A stretch of 64,000 nt of DNA from an uncultured virus (IMG/VR IMGVR_UViG_3300026518_000010) (lineage: Duplodnaviria; Heunggongvirae; Uroviricota; Caudoviricetes). The DNA is taken from the IMG/VR virus record IMGVR_UViG_3300026518_000010, one strand, 5' to 3'. The translations under genes were made by a program, and so were the position numbers. The notes beneath the pieces were generated by a model that saw only the letters and a list, made by a program, of their open reading frames with translations, was not told where the DNA came from and searched no databases. Shown one piece after another: positions 57,968 to 64,000 of the stretch. Within the stretch, counting starts at the first letter, position 1. Every line of letters starts with the position of its first letter.

Positions 57968-58882
57968 TTATTTATTAAAGAATAATTGAATATTGTTTTT
58001 AGCTACTGGTGATAAACCTTGTGTTGCTTTATCAATATTAATTTTTTTACTAACATTAACTACACCATAATTACAAGTTGCGAATATTAAAGTAACTAAT
58101 GAATGGAATCTAGTAAATTCGCCAGCTCCCCATTTCCAAGAACTATCGTGTTTTAAAAATGTTACTTCATTAATATTATTATCTTTCATAGATTTACACA
58201 TTAATGTTAAGTAGTATTTAAATTTAATACTAAATTTAGAGAAATCTTTTTCTTCTAAAATATTTTTACCAGATGTGTAAACACTATAATTAAATCTAAC
58301 ATATTCTTCAGGATTAACTGCTTTACCAATATTTTCAGCGTGTCTAGCCATAACGTCAGCGAAAGGTTTTAAATCGCTATATTGTCTACCTAATTCAACA
58401 ACTTCTTTAAAATTAGCTTTAGCAATTTCAGCATTCATTTTTGAATGTTTAGGAAGCCCTTTAAAAAACACTTTTTTATCAACACCACTTTTAATATCTG
58501 ACATACTATCAGTACTTGTATTTAAACTTGTTTTTTTATCTTTAGCAGCATTTACTTTATCATTACTTATTGTTTTACCGTCATTTGCTTGTTCAGCATC
58601 TGGTTTATTATTTACATTAGTTTCAGTAGTTGATGCACCATTCTCAGTAGGTTTAGCAGTTGTGCTGTTTGCATTAGTACCAGTACTATTTGCTTGTTTA
58701 GTATCAGTAGAAGTAGTTGACTTATCTGTACTAGTTTTAGCAGTAGCTGGTTTAGCAGTTGTTGTGCTACTTGTATTAGTATTAGTATTAGTAGTTGTCG
58801 ATTTAGTATTAGACGTACTATTTGTATTAGTGCTAGTAGTTGTTTTATCTGTACTAGCATTAGTATTTGCTGTTTGAGCCAT
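57968..58882 (-). CDS. Protein with Thr/Asn/Ser-rich disordered N-terminus (phiKZ gp121 position)
   Basis: About 120-aa low-complexity region then globular domain; next to MCP. Confidence 0.7.
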   Translation of the reverse strand: MAQTANTNASTDKTTTSTNTNSTSNTKSTTTNTNTNTSSTTTAKPATAKTSTDKSTTSTDTKQANSTGTNANSTTAKPTENGASTTETNVNNKPDAEQANDGKTISNDKVNAAKDKKTSLNTSTDSMSDIKSGVDKKVFFKGLPKHSKMNAEIAKANFKEVVELGRQYSDLKPFADVMARHAENIGKAVNPEEYVRFNYSVYTSGKNILEEKDFSKFSIKFKYYLTLMCKSMKDNNINEVTFLKHDSSWKWGAGEFTRFHSLVTLIFATCNYGVVNVSKKINIDKATQGLSPVAKNNIQLFFNK

Positions 58883-58929
58883 TGTTCATCCTTTTTAATT
58901 AATTTATTTCAATACAAATAAAAATAGAA

Positions 58930-58951
58930 TTAGATAGGGAATCCTATCTAA
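58930..58951. terminator. Terminator after major capsid gene
   Basis: TTAGATAGG/CCTATCTAA hairpin. Confidence 0.7.
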
Positions 58952-58960
58952 CCTAATTCA

Positions 58961-61096
58961 TTAAGATTGTGTGATATATACATTTTTTCCAATAATGTTT
59001 TCAATGTCAGTAACATTAAGAACTGCAATAATTGGTAAATTAATATAGTGTAAGAATCTTGGGAATGTACTAATTTCTGTTCTAACACCTTCACCAATTG
59101 TTTTCTTAGTATTAATTACTAATTCTGGAGACCATAAACATACACCGAAGTTTAATGGATCGATATCTTTATTTTCATTACCATTTCTAACACCTAATGA
59201 AATAATAATTTTATCTTCCACAGATGAGAAAGGAGTTCCAGCATAGTTAAATCTTAAATCTCCAACTAGTTCTTGTTTAGTGTCACCAAATAAGTTAAGT
59301 TTAAGTTTAAGACCCATACCAATTAATACGTCAATTGGACCAGTGTAACCTAAAGTATCTCTTGCAATTTTGTAATTTGCTTTAAGAATCATATCTGTTA
59401 CAATAAGTTTAATTTTATTAACAACTGCTGTTCTAATGTCAGTTAATCTTTCTGTAGATTTAATACTATCTACTAATGTAGAAATAGTTAAGTTATCTTC
59501 GAAGAAATAGTTATTAATAAAGTATTGACTTAATCCTTGGATTTTTTGGTTTGGATTAGCTCTCATATCGTTTACGAAATCCATAACAGTTTTAACACCA
59601 TAAGCGTTAAGTTTCATTCTTGTACCCATTACTTGTCCGATTAGGTCTGTTGGATCACCATCATCACCAATTACAACGGCAGGTAAAATTTCTGTAAATC
59701 CATTTCTATATGGAACTGTAACTACTGCAGTTTGTTTTCTAGTTAATAAATGAATACCTTTTCTTTTTGCATTTGCTAATGTAGCGAAAGCTTCTAGAAC
59801 ATATCCACCAGCTTTAGTTGTAGCAACAACATCTTGAACTTTTTGGTAATCATCACTAGCAGAATCTAATTTAGCACCACTATCAGTAGTAATTTCTTTA
59901 ATTTCTACAGTATTTAAGTGTGCAACAACGTCACCAAGTGCAACATTTGCATTAGCAGTTAAACTTAATTCTAAGTTAACATGTAAATTAGCTGGTAAGT
60001 TAGCCATAATTTCAGAATCAACTTCATTACCATTAGCATCAATAGCTTTAGTAGACGGAGTTAACATCATAAAGTTATCATCGTCGAAGTTAAGAACCAT
60101 TTGTTTATTAGTTCCAGTAATTGTTTCATAGAACCAACTATTTCTATTTTTAAGGCTAAATCTAAATGTTTCAGTAACATCATCACCATTAGAATTTTTA
60201 CCAGTCATTCTTACGAATACTTGTTCTAATTTAATAGATTTGTTAATTCCATCAGTAAAGTCTGCACCACCTTTAGCTAGCATACTATCATTTTGTGCTA
60301 AACCAACTAAACTCATTCTTTTACCAAATACTAATGGAGATGTAGTAACTTCTTCACCATTATATTCAACTTTTTCTTTTACTTCATTAAAGAATTTATC
60401 ACTGTTTTTATCTCTCCATACTGGGATTAATCTGATATTTTCAGTTGTTAAAAGTTTAGTATCAGTAACAGCTTTAATTAATGGACTTTCATTAATTTTA
60501 TCACCTGCAGGTGAACCATCAACTGTATGTTTATATTCTTTCCAGATATTAATTAATCTAGCACTAATTCTAGCACCAGCTTTAACTGGGTCAATTGTAA
60601 CCATTGGGAAGAATAATTCTGCAAATTCATCTTGTTTTGGTGCAAATGCGTTATATACAACATTAAATACTAATGAAGTAGAGATATTTTGCATATCGAA
60701 GTACTCAATACCTACATCGATAGAATCGTCCATACCATATCTATAATCTGTAACGATATTATCTTCTGTACCTGCATCAACTTTTCTTTCTTTACCATAT
60801 AGAGCTTTAATAGCTGAAGTACCATCAATTGCTAATGAAGCAATATATTCACTAGACATAATTTGTGCTGCTGTAAAATCTTCAGAACCTTCACCTACAT
60901 TACTAATGCTTTCAATTACTGAACCAATACTAGATTGTAATAAATCTAAACTAGGTTCTGTGCTTAAAGCATCTTCAATACCTCCAGCTAAAACAGCTTG
61001 CGTAATTCCTTTTTCATTAAACACGGCTTGATCAAGATCTTTTCTTTGATTTAAATTCTCACCGAATTCTTTCATTAACGTTTCAATGTTTGCCAT
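58961..61096 (-). CDS. Major capsid protein (phiKZ gp120-like)
   Basis: 711 aa; acidic propeptide, KQDEFAELFFPMVTI, DPLNFG.CLWSPEL, PRFLHYINLPII; synteny with helicase. Confidence 0.9.
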   Translation of the reverse strand: MANIETLMKEFGENLNQRKDLDQAVFNEKGITQAVLAGGIEDALSTEPSLDLLQSSIGSVIESISNVGEGSEDFTAAQIMSSEYIASLAIDGTSAIKALYGKERKVDAGTEDNIVTDYRYGMDDSIDVGIEYFDMQNISTSLVFNVVYNAFAPKQDEFAELFFPMVTIDPVKAGARISARLINIWKEYKHTVDGSPAGDKINESPLIKAVTDTKLLTTENIRLIPVWRDKNSDKFFNEVKEKVEYNGEEVTTSPLVFGKRMSLVGLAQNDSMLAKGGADFTDGINKSIKLEQVFVRMTGKNSNGDDVTETFRFSLKNRNSWFYETITGTNKQMVLNFDDDNFMMLTPSTKAIDANGNEVDSEIMANLPANLHVNLELSLTANANVALGDVVAHLNTVEIKEITTDSGAKLDSASDDYQKVQDVVATTKAGGYVLEAFATLANAKRKGIHLLTRKQTAVVTVPYRNGFTEILPAVVIGDDGDPTDLIGQVMGTRMKLNAYGVKTVMDFVNDMRANPNQKIQGLSQYFINNYFFEDNLTISTLVDSIKSTERLTDIRTAVVNKIKLIVTDMILKANYKIARDTLGYTGPIDVLIGMGLKLKLNLFGDTKQELVGDLRFNYAGTPFSSVEDKIIISLGVRNGNENKDIDPLNFGVCLWSPELVINTKKTIGEGVRTEISTFPRFLHYINLPIIAVLNVTDIENIIGKNVYITQS

Positions 61097-61160
61097 TTTC
61101 TTTTCTCCTTATAAATTAATCGTTGAATTATCAAAATATTAAACCTCGTTTAATATTAAA

Positions 61161-61883
61161 TTAATCTACGAATAGAATTCCATATGATTTATTCATATTT
61201 AAACCATCTGTATCTATAATAACATCACCTATTCCAGGTTGATTAGCTATTGTATTTTTAACTATATCGTTAAATATTAACCTTATTACTAAATATGAAC
61301 TAACAATAAGATTACCATTAGTTAATTTTTTACTATATAGTCTATTAATTAATTCTGAAATTGTGTTTACTAATTTTAAAGTTTTATCTTGGTCTACTAC
61401 TACTATCAATAAAGTACCATTACTTATAGGAATAGTATAAGTATCTTTAAATATATCTATTATATCATCGTTATTTCTATCTTCCATAAGTCTTTTATAA
61501 ATAGTTAATAAAGTAGTATCGATATATATGTCATCAGACACTTTACTGTTTTTGGTTACTGAGTCAACTACAACATCATCATAGCTACCATCAAGCACAT
61601 TATAATTAGTATTTAATATTTTATTACCTAAATTTGTAACCCTATTAATAAATTTAAAAATATTATCATTCGCTTTAAGAGCTAGTCTGTTTAATCCGTA
61701 TAATGAAACAAACATATTTAACCCATTAAATAAATTTAATGTTTTAATTTCAGAAGAAATAACTAAATTTTTAATTTTTATTTCTATATCATCATTTATT
61801 AAATTACTGCTAGCAGCTCTAATAAGAGGTAAAAATTTATCCATACCTTTATCAGGTATTATTATAGTTCCATCTACCGCCAT
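61161..61883 (-). CDS. Conserved protein upstream of MCP (phiKZ gp119 position)
   Basis: 240 aa between helicase and MCP. Confidence 0.65.
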   Translation of the reverse strand: MAVDGTIIIPDKGMDKFLPLIRAASSNLINDDIEIKIKNLVISSEIKTLNLFNGLNMFVSLYGLNRLALKANDNIFKFINRVTNLGNKILNTNYNVLDGSYDDVVVDSVTKNSKVSDDIYIDTTLLTIYKRLMEDRNNDDIIDIFKDTYTIPISNGTLLIVVVDQDKTLKLVNTISELINRLYSKKLTNGNLIVSSYLVIRLIFNDIVKNTIANQPGIGDVIIDTDGLNMNKSYGILFVD

Positions 61884-61977
61884 TGTATATCCTTTATATT
61901 AATTTATTTTTATTAATTTCAAGAAAATCAATACTGTGAACTAAATAATAAAGAGTAAAGAAAGTTAAGGAGATATT

Positions 61978-63453
61978 ATGGATAAATTAATAGTATTAAC
62001 TAATATGGTTATATTGTTATTAAAGAGTAAAGATGAGTTAACAGTAGAACTTGGAAATGAATTATTAGAAAATATTAAAAGTAAACTTAAAGGATTTAAT
62101 ACTGGAGACATTATTAAAGATTTAGCAGGTATTATTGAAACATTAATAAATACTGATGTAGAAGACATAGATGGTTTCATAGACAACCTAAAATTAACAT
62201 TATCTAATAGATCAGATATTATAGCATTAATAGCTAAATATAAAAAAGAAGATTTAACAAAAAATACTAATTTAAGAAAATATTTAATATCTACGATTAA
62301 AGATTATTTAAAAAGAGAAGAATTAATAAATCTATTACAAATGAATTTATTCAGAACTAAGACTACTACTAGCTATGCTATAATAGAGCAGAATATAAGC
62401 AATATGATAGAGTCTTTTCAAAAATTATCTACTCTAAAAAAACAAGACACTACTGGTGTAGTTGAAGAAGTTGATATAGATGCTGATGATGGTGTTCTAG
62501 ACAATATTGTAAAAAGAATTAAACAAAAAAGAGATGATAAGTTTATTTATCAATTAGGATGGAGTTGTATAAACGAAATGACACAAGGTGGTTTAAGACT
62601 TGGAGAATTTACTACATTTGCCGGTTTACAACATAACTATAAAACAGGTTTTACATTAAGTGCTTTTACACAATTAGTAACTCTTAATAAACCTATAGAA
62701 AGAATACCAGGTAAAAAACCGTTAGCTGTTCTTTTTAGTTTAGAAGATGAAAATGAGAATGTGTTTGAATTTATATATAGGTATTTAAAAATAACTTATG
62801 ATAATGAAGTTATCAAAGACTTTGAAAAAATAGATGATAAAGAAGTAGTGAATTATATTAAAGAAAAACTTAAACAACAAGGATGGAGTGTTAAAATAAT
62901 CAGAATGGATCCTAACGATATAACTTGGATGGATATTAAAAGAAAAATGGAAATATTCCAATTAGAGGGTTATGATTTACAAATAGTATTAATAGACTAT
63001 TTATCACAAATAAGAAAAGATGGTTTAGCACAAGGACCAGCTGGTAGTGATTTAAAAGATTTATTTAAAAAAGCTAGAAACTTTGCTAATATTAATAAAA
63101 TACTATTTATCACGCCACATCAATTATCTACAGACGCTAACCAATTATTAAGAAACCAATTACCACCACTAGAATTTGTAAAATACATAGCTAATAGAAA
63201 CTACTACGATGGAAGTAAAAGAATAGCACAAGAGATAGATTTAGAGCTATATATACATATTGCTACAAAAGATAAAAAACCTGTTCTCACAGTACAAAGA
63301 GGTAAACACAGAGGACATCCTAATATAGATGATGATAAAAAATATGCTTTATTAGAATTTGTTATTAAAAATAACGCACCTATACCTGGAGAAGGAGAAC
63401 ATCATAATCCTTGTATTAAAACATTAAGTGATGATTTAGACTTGGATATATAA
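61978..63453 (+). CDS. dnaB: DnaB-like (SF4) replicative helicase (phiKZ gp118-like)
   Basis: GGLRLGE, variant Walker A GLQHNYKT, FSLED, LIDYL, TPHQL, QRGKHR. Confidence 0.9.
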   Translation: MDKLIVLTNMVILLLKSKDELTVELGNELLENIKSKLKGFNTGDIIKDLAGIIETLINTDVEDIDGFIDNLKLTLSNRSDIIALIAKYKKEDLTKNTNLRKYLISTIKDYLKREELINLLQMNLFRTKTTTSYAIIEQNISNMIESFQKLSTLKKQDTTGVVEEVDIDADDGVLDNIVKRIKQKRDDKFIYQLGWSCINEMTQGGLRLGEFTTFAGLQHNYKTGFTLSAFTQLVTLNKPIERIPGKKPLAVLFSLEDENENVFEFIYRYLKITYDNEVIKDFEKIDDKEVVNYIKEKLKQQGWSVKIIRMDPNDITWMDIKRKMEIFQLEGYDLQIVLIDYLSQIRKDGLAQGPAGSDLKDLFKKARNFANINKILFITPHQLSTDANQLLRNQLPPLEFVKYIANRNYYDGSKRIAQEIDLELYIHIATKDKKPVLTVQRGKHRGHPNIDDDKKYALLEFVIKNNAPIPGEGEHHNPCIKTLSDDLDLDI

Positions 63454-63454
63454 C

Positions 63455-63485
63455 TACTATTAGTAAGGATCCCTTACTAATAGTA
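63455..63485. terminator. Bidirectional terminator
   Basis: TACTATTAGTAAGG/CCTTACTAATAGTA between convergent genes. Confidence 0.8.
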
Positions 63486-63496
63486 ACTATACTTTT

Positions 63497-63697
63497 CTAT
63501 CTAAAAACTACATAGATATCTTTACAATTTTCATTATTTTTAACACTATCATAAGCAGTATAAAATTTAATAAAATCTGTATACGAATCTAACACAGACT
63601 TATATTCACCATTTTCTTGTTTTTCTTTATAGTGTATAAAATACACATCTTTATAAAGACAAGTAAGAAATAATTTACATATCTCAAATATTTTCAT
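63497..63697 (-). CDS. Small hypothetical protein
   Basis: 66 aa, AGGAG RBS. Confidence 0.6.
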   Translation of the reverse strand: MKIFEICKLFLTCLYKDVYFIHYKEKQENGEYKSVLDSYTDFIKFYTAYDSVKNNENCKDIYVVFR

Positions 63698-63763
63698 ATC
63701 TTACTCCTATTGATTAAAAAAAAGTAAGAAGTGGATAATTTATTATCCACGTCTAATACTTAA

Positions 63764-64000
63764 TTATTTGTTGTCGATTGGTCTCCAGAAGTAACTTAAC
63801 ATAGCTTTAGCTGATTTAAGTTGGTCTGCATATTTTTTAGCATCGTCAGCACTAATTTGTGCATCATAAACTTTACCAGTTTTATCATCTGCATTTCTAC
63901 CTACAGTAACAGTAAAGATTTCAACAATGTTTCCGTTAGCATCATTGTAGTAAACAACTGCATCACCATTCATAACGTCACCAAATGGAACTTTAGATAA
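63764..64000 (-). CDS. C-terminal end of a gene starting beyond the window
   Basis: Frame is open to the window edge (LSKVPFGDVMNGDAV...). Confidence 0.7.
   Translation of the reverse strand, partial: LSKVPFGDVMNGDAVVYYNDANGNIVEIFTVTVGRNADDKTGKVYDAQISADDAKKYADQLKSAKAMLSYFWRPIDNK

Noticed and set aside
9230..61930. TTGA(T) as a late-promoter motif upstream of structural genes
   Set aside because: Present before several genes but too short to distinguish from background in AT-rich DNA without statistics.
20339..63453. Inteins or introns in nrdA, RNAP subunits and helicase
   Set aside because: Lengths are ordinary and no splicing or homing-endonuclease motifs were seen.
1..64000. CRISPR array, tRNA or rRNA genes
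   Set aside because: No regularly spaced direct repeats or canonical cloverleaf with T-loop seen by eye; tRNAscan-SE would be needed to exclude fully.
1..64000. Stop-codon reassignment
   Set aside because: Long core genes are intact in code 11, and TAG and TGA end genes at sensible positions (e.g. 6761, 13516, 24093, 53324).

Overview
A 64-kb segment of a very AT-rich (about 25% GC by eye) phiKZ-like, nucleus-forming jumbo phage (Chimalliviridae-type), standard genetic code, most genes on the minus strand. Core genes recognised from motifs and synteny: chimallin (2596-4386) beside the non-virion RNAP beta'-N subunit with NADFDGD (<1-1310, absent from the ORF track), non-virion RNAP beta-N (55155-56828), virion RNAP beta'-C (48766-50079), major capsid protein (58961-61096), DnaB-like helicase (61978-63453) and a split family-B DNA polymerase N-terminal part (44061-45715). 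Accessory content: NrdA/NrdB, ThyX, dNMP kinase, CYTH, MYG1 nuclease, two secreted lytic transglycosylases, holin-like genes and a block of duplicated tail-fibre modules (27-43 kb). A Gram-negative host, possibly Campylobacterota, is inferred, not shown. Most notable: (1) a phage-encoded envelope-spanning two-component module (outer-membrane beta-barrel, small secreted Cys protein, membrane histidine kinase, stand-alone receiver); (2) three dispersed copies of a covarying structured 5' leader with tandem AGUA/GAA motifs and an RBS-containing hairpin; (3) a protein with a FliM/CheZ-like CheY-binding peptide; (4) a probable -1 frameshift in a tail/baseplate chaperone pair; (5) a GC-rich structured ncRNA candidate; (6) a recurrent CTAAAATGC promoter-like motif. 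All family assignments come from motif recognition by eye; no database search was run.
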